A DNA stretch of 64,000 bases from Eledone cirrhosa (taxonomy: Eukaryota): positions 69,812,001 through 69,876,000 of the forward strand of contig OZ024745.1 in NCBI GenBank assembly GCA_964016885.1, in the 5' to 3' direction. Numbering within the stretch: position 1 is the stretch's first letter; every line of letters begins with the position of its first letter. Under the pieces are notes generated by a model. That model ran no database searches. It worked only from the letters and a program-made list of their open reading frames with translations, and was not told the origin of the DNA. The position numbers and the translations under genes were made by a program. Positions 14,046 to 27,300 of the stretch are shown piece by piece.

Positions 14046-14774
14046 ATTATTTTTTTCTCCCCATCAACGAACTCATTATTAATACATATGAATTCAATAT
14101 AAATTTTTCTCAAATCCTATACATAAACTTTTTCTCTTTGCTAATTTTAAGATTCCTACATTTCTCCTTTTGAATATTCACCCACAATTATTATTTTTTT
14201 CTCTCTATCTCCATACATAATCTCCCTTCGTTATTTTTTTCTCTCTATCTCCATACATAATTTCCCTTCGTTAATTTTCAAATTCCTTTAATTTATACAT
14301 TATCTTCCAACGGTTCCCAACCTCTCTATATTAAAACATTATATCTTTTTCTCAGTTATAAAAACTATCTCTTTCTCTCTATCACCCATCTCTCCCTTTC
14401 CACCTTCACTCTCATCTCCTCCCCTTTTTTTCATCCTTTCCACCCCCACCCCTCCCTAAATATAATATATTTTTTCCTCGCACATATCCTCCCTTCGTTA
14501 ATTTTCAAAATTTTTAATTTATACAGTATCTTCCAACGGTTTTCAACCCCTCTATATAAAATATATCTCCTCTCTGTTATAAAAACTATCTCTTTCTCTC
14601 TATCACCCATCTCTCCCTCTCATCTCCTTCCCTTTTCATCCTTTTCTCTCCCCCCCTCTCTAAATAAAATATTTTTCCCAATATCACACATCAATCTAAA
14701 ACCACTTTTCATATGTTGATTTAAAACTGCACTATCAACAAGTGTTTTTTTAGCCTTCATATCATGTTCTCCTG

Positions 14775-14841
14775 TTTTATCTGATGAAAACACAAATATT
14801 ATTGTTTGATGATGTTTGTTTTTGAAATGCGCATAATAAAA
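14775..14841 (+). ncRNA. Type I hammerhead ribozyme (inverted copy 12171-12237)
   Basis: TTTTAT-CTGATGA-AAACACAAA…TTTGTTTTT-GAAA-T-GCGC-A-TA-ATAAAA; intact core, palindromic loop III. Confidence 0.8.
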
Positions 14842-14873
14842 TATATTGAACTCCTTTAACCATCTTTTGATCT

Positions 14874-15436
<563 letters not shown>

Positions 15437-15440
<4 letters not shown>

Positions 15441-16206
15441 ATCGTCTATCGGTCGCTGTATTTGATATGCAAAGCTGTCTAAACGTAATGTTATAACTCT
15501 GGGGTAATATTCTACATTGAGTTCTTAACTGCACACCGAAACTGCATTCGTTAGCTCGGCTGCTACCAAAAACTTCGTTGGTGCTGTACTAAAATTTCTA
15601 TTGTTAACTCCTAATTAACGATTAATTGATTAATTGTTTATGTCTGTTTGATAACTTCAAGTTGAGTGCTTAAGTCGGATTGTGGAAGGGAATTTTATTC
15701 CTTTGTCCAAATTTTGAATTGATCGCCAAAACGGGGGTACCTCCCTTTGGGAGAAACGTGTGCCTCTGCGATGTTTACTGCTAGAACGCGCACCCGTGAG
15801 GAACAGAACGAAAAATTTGTTGACGAAGTAAATTTCTTTGTTCCGTCGTCAAAAGCCATTAACATACAGACCCCACTGCAAGTGGATTTTGTCGATTTCG
15901 GATTTACAGAAACCTAGCGGAGATGTATGTTATACGTGATGTATATTGTATGGTATACATTATGTGTTGCATGTAATGTCTACGCGATGGTCCAGGTCAG
16001 TCAAAAATGTTTCCTGGTTCAGTTATTTTCGTCGCTAAGGTCTCTGCGGCCTGTCTATCGGTCGGTATATTTGATTTGCAAAGCTGTCTAAACGTAATGT
16101 AATAACTCTAGGGTAATATTCACCATTGAGTGCTTAACTGGACACCGAAACTGCATTCGTTAGCTTGGCTGCTACCAAAAGCTTCGTTGATGCTGTACTA
16201 AAATGT
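15437..16206. repeat. Unclassified TA-flanked element with ~150-bp direct terminal repeats
   Basis: 15444-15596 is repeated at 16053-16204 (GTCTATCGGTCG…GCTGTACTAAAAT). Confidence 0.6.
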
Positions 16207-16215
16207 GTATATATA

Positions 16216-16851
16216 TATATGAATTATAAGAATCAAAGAACTGTTCAAAACATTGTTATGCTTACAACTGTTTCCTCCAAACCGAGGTTTGGGTTCTTCG
16301 GAGTAATTTATTATTGAATGAACACTTATATGACCTCCTTTTCACCCAAGAGACATACAGATACATATGCAAATATTGTGGGTCAACATTCACTACAGCA
16401 TTTAGTGTGGCAGTACACATTTAGAGATTACATTCACATGAAAAGATACAATCAAAATACACGTTAATGTGAATGTAATCTCTAAATGTGTACTGCCACA
16501 CTAAATGTTGTAATGAATGTTGATGCACAATATTTTCATATGTATCTGTATGTCTCTTGGGTGAAAAGGAGGTCATATAAGTGTTCATTCAATAATAAAT
16601 TGCTCCGAAGAATCCAAACCTCGGTTTGGAGGAAACAGTTGTAAGCATAAAAATGTTTTGAACAGTTCTTTGATTCTTATAATTCATATAACTGCTCTTT
16701 AAATCATCTGCTGTTATTACCTTGAGCTATTTAACTTACTGTTAATAAGGTAGTAGTATATTACTGCCTACCACTATTTAGGGTTTATAAAAATATATAT
16801 AACTACAAAAGGTTTTTGTATTTGCATAACCATAAATAGTATAATCAATAC

Positions 16852-16852
<1 letters not shown>
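16216..16852 (+). mobile_element. Inverted-arm PLE-derived insert with HHR-like motif
   Basis: 16216-16439 is inverted at 16467-16690, followed by a ~160-bp tail. Motif 16601-16647: TGCT-CCGAAGA-A-TCCAAACC-TC-GGTTTGGA-G-GAAA-C-AGTT-G-TA-AGCA. Confidence 0.7.
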
Positions 16853-16882
<30 letters not shown>

Positions 16883-17830
16883 ATATATATACATATATAT
16901 ATGAATGTATATGTATATATGTATATATATGTTTATATATATATATATATATATACATATATACATATATATATATATATACATATGTATATATATACAT
17001 ATGTATATATGCATATATATATATATATATGTATATATACATGTATATATACATGTATATATACTGTATATATATACATATACGTATATACATATATACA
17101 TATACATTACAGGTCATTCTTATATTGATGAATTTATGTGGAGTGGTACTACTGAAAATTATGGTTGGAGTAGAAATTTACAAATAAAAAGGCTTATGTA
17201 GGTTGGGTTTGCACTACACTCACACACACCTCCACAGACACATACACACTTCTACACATACAAAACGTGGGATGGTAATACTTAATATAATGGTTAGAGT
17301 CCAATACTTAGATAGTTTAGAAAATTTAGAAATAAAGGGTTTATGCTGGTTGACTTGTCCATACACTCACACCTACCCCCACAAACACTCACACATCTAC
17401 ACACACAAATCCATACATGTGTGCATATATACATATGCATGCATGCATGTACGCACAAGTATACACATATATATATACATATATATAATATATATATATT
17501 TCACAGAACATGCATATATATGAAATATATACATACAAAAAGATAAAAAAATTATATATATACATAGGTACACACACACACAAAATATATACACACGTAA
17601 GACATACACATATATATATATATTAAAAAAATACACACACACATACAGACATAGATATATAAAATGTATACATACAGATACGCATACATATATAAAAGAT
17701 ACGCATACATACACACATAACATACACATATATACACATGATACGTATATACATATATGTATATATAAACTGACCAATGAGAATCAAGACTATTCCTGCT
17801 GACAACATCAAAATATTCCTAACAAGCTCT

Positions 17831-17993
17831 TATGTCCCAAGGCTCTGATACCATCAACACTATACACACAGAGCTGGCATATCTAAGAACTGACTAACTG
17901 CCTGATGAGGGCATAGCCATTCAATGGCTATCATCGAAATATATATAGCAGTAAATAAAGGATTATGAGTTCATGCAATAGACTTATGTTTCG

Positions 17994-17998
<5 letters not shown>
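17831..17998 (+). repeat. ~168-bp HHR-containing repeat, copy 1 (PLE 3' terminus)
   Basis: Near-identical to 22397-22564. Both copies end …TTTCGTCAC followed by (TA)n. Confidence 0.85.
17897..17952 (+). ncRNA. Canonical minimal type I hammerhead ribozyme
   Basis: ACTGC-CTGATGA-G…ATAGCC-attcaat-GGCTAT…C-GAAA-T-ATAT-A-TA-GCAGT; G10.1-C11.1 present. Confidence 0.85.
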
Positions 17999-18053
<55 letters not shown>

Positions 18054-18055
18054 TA

Positions 18056-18179
<124 letters not shown>

Positions 18180-19511
18180 CACATACAAATATATATACTA
18201 CTAAGTACCAAAGTCTTTGTCGTCATCTGGATTGGAAATATAACGGTGTATGTATGGGCGAAAAGGCAACGAATTGGCAAAGTCAATAGACTTTGGATAG
18301 AATGCTTTACATTATTTGTTCCGAAACTCTGTGTACTGAATTTCAAATCACGTCCATGTAAACGTCACCTTTCATCCTTCGGAGATTGAGAAAATATATT
18401 CCCGACTGGACTCGATTCATCTTGTATACCTACATCTCATTTCTCTCACTCCTTCTCAACGAGATTTGAATGTCAAAGACAAGCTGTATGAAATGGTGGC
18501 GCATCTACGATTTTAAGTATGCATTAACGTGTAGGCGTGATTTAACTCATAAGTATCCCGCTTTTCTTTATTTGCTAAGTATAAATGTTACACTATAAAA
18601 TATGAATGAATCATACATGAGCTTTTACTATGTTCTTTATAGCATGCTAATGCTTACATGATATCCGTATAAATATGGAAATCTATAGAATATGCAAAAT
18701 ACATTTTTATTTGATCTCCATTTGAAACTTTAAGCATTCTAGCATAGGCGCAAAGAAAATTAATTGTTTAAAATCATTGCACGTATAGTAGGATGAAAAT
18801 TATGCTTAATTGCATTAATGTTGAGCTTAAAATATTTGCTAATTCACATAATATGTTTAGGCTTTTAAGGAATTATAACTGTATCCCTTCTCCTTTCATT
18901 ATTTCCTGTCGTAGTTTTAAAAATTAGACATCTTCAATTCTGTATATATATTCCTTAGCTGTTTTCAATCATTAGATTCAGGTTTTGTTTTGGCACATGG
19001 ATTTAGTAGAAAATATCAAGTCAAGTTCTTATCGCTTGTCGTTCTGCTAAACTACGGGATATAAACATACATGACGATGTTTCTCTCACTTTCTATCTGA
19101 CAAATTTCAACTCACTAGGAACAAGTCAATGCCAGATTTTAGTAGAAGTACTTGCTCCAACTGCAACGCGGTGGAACTGAACGCACAATTGTGTGGTTTG
19201 GGAGCAAAGCCATTAACCACATATATATATATACTGAGAGAGGAAGAGAGAGAAGGGTAGATAGATAGAGAGAGTGAGAGAGAAAGAGTGTGTGGTGTCA
19301 AATCAATATGATTGCCATGCCTTATATTTGAAAGTTCATATAGCCTAAAAGTATATTTCTGGCTTCGTTGCCATTTATACAAAATGTTCACACATGTAAG
19401 AGAAAGTTTCATTAATATATAGGCAGTTACCTTAAGGAATGTAATCCATTAGTGTGTAAACACTCATTCAGTACTGAGTGTTTAAGTAGTCACGCATTAT
19501 ATATACATATA

Positions 19512-19589
<78 letters not shown>

Positions 19590-19688
19590 TTATATATATA
19601 TAATAAAATATATATAATAATAATAAAATATATATATAAATATATATATGTATATATATTATATATATATATGTATATATATATATGT

Positions 19689-19828
<140 letters not shown>

Positions 19829-20049
19829 ATATATATGTTTATGGATATATACATTTATATATATATATATGTATACATATATATATATATATATGTGTGC
19901 GTATGTGTGAGTGTGTGCGTGTGTGTGAATCGTATTAAAAATGTAATCAATTTCTGATCATAGAATTTGTCGGCAATACAGGTGTCAACACAACTTTCAT
20001 AAAATATCCAATTCCATTCAATATAAAATGGTTCCAATGTACGTTTCTG

Positions 20050-20342
20050 ATAAATCATGCATCAATTATGATGAGTGTAGACACATCAGGTCAGCCTTTT
20101 TTAGTTAAATACTTCAAGCTCTAAGGCAATGAAATCCTATAGGCTCGCATTCATGATGAATGATTAAGCAGTTTTAATGTTCGTAATTATGCAGTATGTC
20201 TGTAGAGAAATTGTTTATACAGTACAAAAAGTGTAACAAATATTTAGTACTGTAAGTTGCTGTTTTCGCAGGTGTCAAGAGACCAGCTCTTCATGGGGAG
20301 CAGAAATAATATTAGTAGCGATATAATAGGTACAAGGGTTAA
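20050..20342 (+). mobile_element. Possible piggyBac 3' remnant
   Basis: MMSVDTSGQ resembles the MGGVD..DQ motif. Scattered Cys codons follow, and the segment ends AAGGG-TTAA. Confidence 0.3.
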
Positions 20343-21369
20343 GGTGTATTAGGGGGACTAATAATTCAAGTAGCTTTTCTTCAGATGAGCTCTGGGGTTA
20401 TGAGAATCTGCCTTAAAATGTAATGATAAACTCTATGAAAGTTACCAACTGTATGAATATTGAGACGAGCAATATCTAGGCGTAACATGCTGTTGAAGGT
20501 GTTTGGTAAATGAAAATTCTGTGGGAAATTTAAAGTAGAAAACAAACCGAAGCGACTCTCAGTATTGTAACTTGTTAAAGATTATTTTTTACTCGCGAAT
20601 GTTTTATACAATTTTACAACTCCGTTAATGAACTGTAAGTATTATTTTTGTATTTGTTACACTCTTTCCAACATCTCAATATTTAAGCTGAGCACGTAAA
20701 ACCATATCTGATATAAACTATATGACGAGAGATATTGCTCTATCATTGACATTTTCTAACTACACATCCATGGTTTCCCCAACTAACTCGATGCGTTATT
20801 GTGTAATGCGTGTAGATGTTGTCATCATTCGAGAACTTCTCAAGAAACTCCTCAACGCTTATTATGTTATCTGTCTCGAGTGGACGGCATTGTTTCATGG
20901 GTATGAATCTACACTTCATATCTACACCGTTCATATCGATGTTAAACATTTACTTCCCTGTTTCCGTTTTCGATAGAGACAATCTATATGAAAGATGATG
21001 TGGACATTTCCAGTGCCGGTTAAAATTTTTCAGGTATCACCCTCAGTGGTTCTAATTTCCTCAAGTTTCTCAACACATCAATACCCTCATATAGTCAAGT
21101 CTCTAACTAATTTGTCTAAAAGATGTAATTGTGCATGGAAGCTCCCGAAGATATTTCACGTATCCAGTTGTTATATTCCTATCTTAATAGTTCATTGGTA
21201 CTCATTCCGTTATAGGATATATTTTCGTCAATATTTGTTGCATTCCCCTTCAGACCATAACGATCTTGCTTCATTGGCTACAAAAGATATCGCTGTACAT
21301 AATTATATTCATAACTCAGCTTGCATTTGAAAATAGAACACATGTTCTTATTTAGATTCTGTCCACTAC

Positions 21370-21439
<70 letters not shown>

Positions 21440-22396
21440 ACGAGGTGTTCACGAGTGTCTATAAAACATTGATTGAACATCTATACACATATTCTATAGC
21501 ATTAGATCATTCAAACACAAAGATAATGTATATACGCACATGTTGTTTACATCCGTCTATAGAGTCTTGTTTAAATACACTCTATAGTATCCTTTAGCAT
21601 TGAAACGATATACAAAACGTACAAAGAGAGTGTTTAAATATGTTTATACACAGATTCTTGGCTAGACCTGTTCTGTAATACAGTGGAAATATATATAATT
21701 CTATGAAATTTGCAAAGAGAGCGTTAACTAGATTTTCATCTAGTTCCTGGTATTTATTTCTTAATATATATTGATTCTAAATTAAAATTAAATGAGAAAC
21801 ATTTACACGCACTATACGATATTATTTAAGCTTAAAATGTAATCTTAAACGTATCATATTATATATATGAACTATTGTGTGTGAAATGTCAGAAGTTCAT
21901 GTTTATTTGTAACGTTAAAAAAACAATTATATTTAGTGGAGCAAAATTAAATTAGTTGTTCATGGAGAATTAATTTGCATTTAAATCTGCATGTTTAATG
22001 TTAAACGAATCAGAATGGGTTGGTGGAACATTACTCTAATAATTTCATATATATCAATATTAACTTAGCTACTTTGTGCAAAAATTCATATTCATAAAAT
22101 ATAACCTAAAACCATATCGATCAGTAAAAAAATTAAACTTTTTAAAATTAATATTGTAAAGATTTTTCGCCTAAATATTTCGACATTTTACAGAAGGAAA
22201 CGATTTTACAGAAAATGATACATTTTGCTGATATTTTTAGAAATTATTTTTTTGTTGTTCATATTCTACTTTCTTCATTTAGAAATATTTCCCCAAAAAG
22301 GTATTGTGTGTGATAATAAATGTGTAAATAAAAAGATAATAGCATAATATATATGTAAGATGGTACATTCACAAGCAAATCGATGAAATATAAACA

Positions 22397-22564
22397 TATG
22401 TCCCAAGGCTCTGATACCATCAACACTATACACACAGAGCTGGCATATCTAAGAACTGACTAACTGCCTGATGAGGTCATAGCCTTTCAATGGCTATCAT
22501 CGAAATATATATAGCAGTAAATAAAGGATTATGAGTTCATGCAATTGACTTATGTTTCGTCACT
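22397..22564 (+). repeat. ~168-bp HHR-containing repeat, copy 2 (HHR 22463-22518)
   Basis: ACTGC-CTGATGA-GGTCATAGCC…GGCTATCATC-GAAA-TATATA-TA-GCAGT. Confidence 0.85.
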
Positions 22565-22939
22565 ATATATATATATATTCATTACTTCATGTTTGCTTTA
22601 TTAAATACACACATATATTCAAAAGTACGTCTTTATTAATAAAGTGCATTTGTAATACTATATATATATATATTATTCAGGTTTGAAGGTTCACCACTGG
22701 ATAGAGCTGGTCAATTCCGTATGGTCACTCTTAATGTAATAATATGGAGAGTACTAAACGTAAAGAAGTTCATCCGTCTTCGTTTTTGTAGTTGGTGGTG
22801 CTAGTACGGAGTTAAATATTATATATCCATGTATTGTTTACTCCTCTTATTCGGACTTTTACTCGCTTGTACCCATTAGCACACGGTACTAGAATGTCTC
22901 CCCCTGAGAACAAAAATACCTATTACCCGGACTCTCCTG

Positions 22940-23892
22940 TATAAATTAATAGTACCCGTTTGGTATAACGATGGCATAACGACGATGGGTGACTCGCCAC
23001 TACCACACCCGAAGCCTGGAATACATTCCTTGAGTGCTCAGAATAATTGATTTCCATATCTTTCGCTAGGCGATCTCACTCGAAATGGCTTACATGTGAT
23101 TAGGATGCGCTGGCCGGGGTCTGCAGTCGCCACATGCCGTCTGACTGCTGAACTAGGACATATCCTTTACTCTACATCCAACTAGGATAAATTATAGAGG
23201 ATCTCCATAATAAATTAAAGTTTCTACATAAAGACTCTCTCTTTAACTAAACCTCGCAACTGAAAACCTGTAAAAAAATGTTTAAACTGTTTAATTTTCT
23301 ATTTTCTAATTGTTAAATTCTCAATTTTCTAACTCTTTAAATTTATAATGTTAATCTTTAATTTTTTTTTCTTTTTTAATTTCATTCTCTAAATCTAAAC
23401 AATAATTTAACGTTTCAATTTTCTGTCGGACTGTTGGGTTGGTTTTCCTGGCTGCGGGACCGGCCTACTGGCGCATAGGCCTACCTTGAGTGCTTGGAAA
23501 AGTAAATTTCCACTTCTTTCGGTAAATGAAACTACTCGGAGCTGGTTGATTCGCCCCAGGGGCCCGGCGCGCAGCCGGTTTTTTGACCGCCATATGGTAC
23601 CTTTAAATTATAGACCTAATCATAACTATTAGATTATCACGCCTCCCTCTAATTAAACAAATCCCCCTCCTGGGTAAATTAATAGTACTGGCCTAACGAT
23701 GAGGGCTGACTTCCCACTGACGCACCTGAAGCCTGTTATACATTCCTAGAGTGCTTGGAAAAATTGATTTCCATATCTTTCGCTAGGCGATCTCACTCGG
23801 AATGGCTGACACGCGGTTAGGATGGGCTGGCCGGAGCATGCAGTCGCCGCATGCTGTTTGACTGCTAAACAAAGACATAATCTTTACTCTAT
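22940..23892. repeat. Unclassified GC-richer element with ~230-bp direct repeats and a third partial copy
   Basis: 22940-23173 resembles 23675-23892. The core is also present at 23484-23540. Confidence 0.7.
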
Positions 23893-23899
23893 AATACAA

Positions 23900-24091
23900 T
23901 ATAATTGTTTCTACTTGTGGCACGAGGCCACCAATTACTCAGTGCATTACTGGTACTTTATTTTATCGACCACGTAAGGATGAAAGGCAAAGTTAACCTC
24001 GGCGGGATTTGAACTCAGAATAGAAAGGGCCGTAACTCCATCCGTCAAAGCAAGGCGTCTGAGCCTCTACCGATACTCCCAATCCACCGCC
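23900..24091 (-). mobile_element. tRNA-derived SINE (octopus-type), full length
   Basis: Minus strand GGCGGTGGATTGGGAGTATCGGTAGAG (A-box-like)…GAGTTCAAATCCCGCC (B box)…CCTTTCATCC…GATAAAATAAAGTACCAGT…AGAAACAATT. Confidence 0.8.
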
Positions 24092-24175
24092 ATATATAGG
24101 ATATATAATTGTTTCTAAATCAAAATCAGGGAACCCAAATCCCTGATTGTTATCTTGAAATTAGTTACGAATGTC

Positions 24176-24336
24176 AGAAGAAGAAGAAGAAGAAGAAGAA
24201 GAAGAAGAAAAAGAAGAAGAAGGAGGAGGAGGAGGAGGAGGGGGGGGGGGAAGATGAAGATGAAGGAGAAGAAGAAGAAGAAGAAGAAGAAGAAGAAGAA
24301 GAAGAAGAAGAAGAAGAAGAAGAAGAAGAAGAAGAA
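24176..24336 (+). repeat. (GAA)n/(GGA)n microsatellite
   Basis: Directly visible. Confidence 0.95.
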
Positions 24337-24648
24337 ATCATTTCATTTAAAGCAGTGACGACTTCGTAATTTCAATGTTTCAAAATTTCTGATCATTTTC
24401 CAGCTGCGAAGATTATATCCTGAGGAGTATTGTAGTCGGCATAATTCATTACATCACACGGTTGAGAACCGCCGAGAAGATGAGAACGAACGAAATGAAG
24501 AGAAGTAGTTAATTAGGTAGAAGTCATATTTGCTGGAAATAGCTTTACTCTGGTCATGTTGTCAATTAATTTCAGTTTTCTTCACACAATACTAAATATA
24601 CTTTACCTTGAGTAAAATACATCTTAAAATAGTAATTGTACGATACAC

Positions 24649-24732
<84 letters not shown>

Positions 24733-24734
<2 letters not shown>

Positions 24735-24918
24735 CGAAGGAAATGTGGTAAGGAATCAGGTGGACCATAACGCACCAAAGTACTCAATACTTAGGGTAGT
24801 AGAGTGGGTAATAGGAACCAATAAGACCCCGACGGCTGAGCTCAAGCCGTTTCGACGGCTAATTCTGAATTAGCCGTCGAAACGGCTTGAGCTCAGCCGT
24901 CGGGGTCTTATTGGTTCC

Positions 24919-24921
<3 letters not shown>
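24733..24921 (-). mobile_element. Mini fold-back element (111-bp perfect palindrome + ~78-bp tail)
   Basis: 24811-24865 and 24867-24921 are perfect inverted arms. Same family as 26042-26234. (TA)n flanks. Confidence 0.8.
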
Positions 24922-24970
<49 letters not shown>

Positions 24971-25037
24971 TATATATATACATGCATACATAAATCGACA
25001 CACACACACACACACACATACATATATACTTTATTAT

Positions 25038-25150
25038 AAGAGGTTAACTTTGCCGTTCATCCTACGGGGTCGATAAAATAAAGTACCAGTGATGTACTGT
25101 ATAATTGCTGGCCTTGTGCTAAAAGTAGAAACAATTATTATTATTATTAT
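25038..25150 (+). mobile_element. SINE 3' half (same family as 23900-24091)
   Basis: GAGGTTAACTTTGCCGTTCATCCTACGGGGTCGATAAAATAAAGTACCAGT…AGAAACA(ATT)n. Confidence 0.8.
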
Positions 25151-25224
25151 TGTTAAATATGTCGCACGCTGTAGTCAAACCCATTTAAACCAGTATCTAT
25201 CGCAAAATCTGGCTGGTGTTCGTA

Positions 25225-25403
25225 AACTTCCAATGGATGAAACTGGCCCCAGTAATGATCAGATACATCCAGGAATAGACAGATATGAGGCTGGTGCAAC
25301 CATGAGGGAGGCGAAGAGGTGAGACCAGTGGAAGGGGCTGGTTACTAAGCCATCTGTGGCGCTCCAACGGTCCGCCAGAGGATGGGACGAATAAGATAAG
25401 AAG

Positions 25404-25408
<5 letters not shown>
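25225..25408 (+). mobile_element. RTE-like LINE 3' fragment
   Basis: Decayed P..W.D.I…A..R..W..LV-like terminus ending in TAAGA/AAGAA repeats. Confidence 0.4.
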
Positions 25409-25465
<57 letters not shown>

Positions 25466-25468
25466 GTA

Positions 25469-25561
<93 letters not shown>

Positions 25562-26041
25562 GTGAGAAATGAAATTTCGTTTCATTTTTTCCGTTTATCG
25601 TTTTCGGTTCCCCGGCCGATTAACTCACTCGATATGCAAATTCGGCTGCTCAGCCATTAATATGCATAAGGAAAGTATATACTTTCAGACGTTCAATTAT
25701 CTGGCAGGAAGGTGTACGTTGCTGACGATAGCTAATAAGCTTGAAATTAGTACAGCGTTCCTTTGTCAGGGTTGAACAAATGAGCAACGATGGTTGCTAG
25801 ACACTGTACGGCTTAATTCGGGATGTTTGTTTACAAACACACCGAGCATTATAATAAATGTTCGGTGAATCCATACGTACATATATATACATATATATGT
25901 GTGCATGTATGTATATACATATACATACTACTGTACGTCTGTATACATATATGTATGTACGTATACATAGTTATATTTAAGTAACAGCTGTACTAGGAGT
26001 GAGAAATGAAATTGAGTTTCATTTTTTCCGTTTATATATAT

Positions 26042-26228
26042 ATGGGAAAAAAGTATGACCCCGACGGCAGAGCTCAAGCCGTTTCGACGGCTATTTCTTG
26101 AAATAGCCGTCAAAACGGCTTGAGCTCTGCCGTCAGGATCATACTTTTTCCTATTTCCCACTCTACTACCCTAAGTATTGAGTACTCTCGTGCGTTGTGG
26201 TCCATCTGCTTCCTTACCACATTTCCTT

Positions 26229-26234
<6 letters not shown>
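26042..26234 (+). mobile_element. Mini fold-back element, copy 2
   Basis: Palindrome 26042-26154 centred at 26098-26099. Tail 26155-26234 is the reverse complement of 24733-24810. Confidence 0.8.
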
Positions 26235-26273
<39 letters not shown>

Positions 26274-26764
26274 TTTCTGCAAAAGGGTATATTCCGTAAC
26301 GTTACATATGTTTTAATAAATTATTTACTGGAGATATTATGAGTCTCTCTCTCCATATATGTATATATATGTGTGTGTGTGTGTGTGTGTCTGTGTGTGC
26401 GTGTGCGTTCTTGCTTTAAAGTACACTTTGTTGAAGTCATGAAGCCTGGCTGCTGTTTGATTGAAACTCAGAGACGAAAATACGTGCGCTCACACATACA
26501 CACTCACACTGTTCGTCATATATGTAAGTGTAATGATCACTTGATATGTTTTCTATTTCAATACTTTGATATTAATATTCAGTAGAACATGTTTTCCTAA
26601 TATTTGACTGTAGTTTAATATAGACATCAGTTTGAAAGAATATTTTACATAATATGAACTAGCTTATAAATGAAATTACCATGGAATATGTCTAAATCAT
26701 CTTGTATTACGATGTAAAATATTGAACAATTCATAAGATAAGACGTCAGTTGTTTGAGCACTGG

Positions 26765-27300
26765 GTAACGAACATTACACACTGGTAATTATTGCTATCA
26801 TAACCTCAGTTGATTTTATTTATACAAACCCTAGAGGCGAACTAGCTTACAGATCTAGAAGGGCCCTAGACAAGCTCAAATTAATTATTCAGATAGTTGA
26901 AGGAACAGGTATTTCCGTAAAAAACGTTACTAGTAAAACATACCTATTTCAAACACCCCCTGTACTGATAGGAAATGCATCGTCTGCAAGCTAAGCAGGC
27001 AAACTAATTGCACAACTAGAAACGTAGTATATAGCATAAGGTATACTGAGGGACAGTGTAGGAATAAGAAAATAACATACGTAAGTAAAACAGCCAGTGA
27101 CATAGGAAAAATGATAAGTGAAAACTGGAAAAAACTCCAAGATGGGAAACATTCATCAGTACTCCACCAACATGCGAAAATAGAACATAGGGGCACATCA
27201 GAGAACATATAAACAGTATATCCACACACAGAAAAGATGCAATGCTCAGACAAATCACAGAGGCGAAAAACATAAACGAACTCCAACCAAAATTAAACAT
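26765..27300 (+). mobile_element. Older Naiad-type PLE fragment (linker + GIY-YIG) with a small inversion
   Basis: Similar to 10876-11320 (AGGGCCCTAGACAAG…CTDRKCIVC…RNVVY…AGACAAATCACAGAGGC). 26768-26805 matches 9633-9670 in the opposite sense. Confidence 0.8.

Noticed and set aside
20700-21340. Coding-like minus-strand stretch, briefly considered Mab-21/cGAS-like (YRLSLSKTE)
   Set aside because: Multiple stops in all frames and only one short motif resemblance; cannot be assigned.
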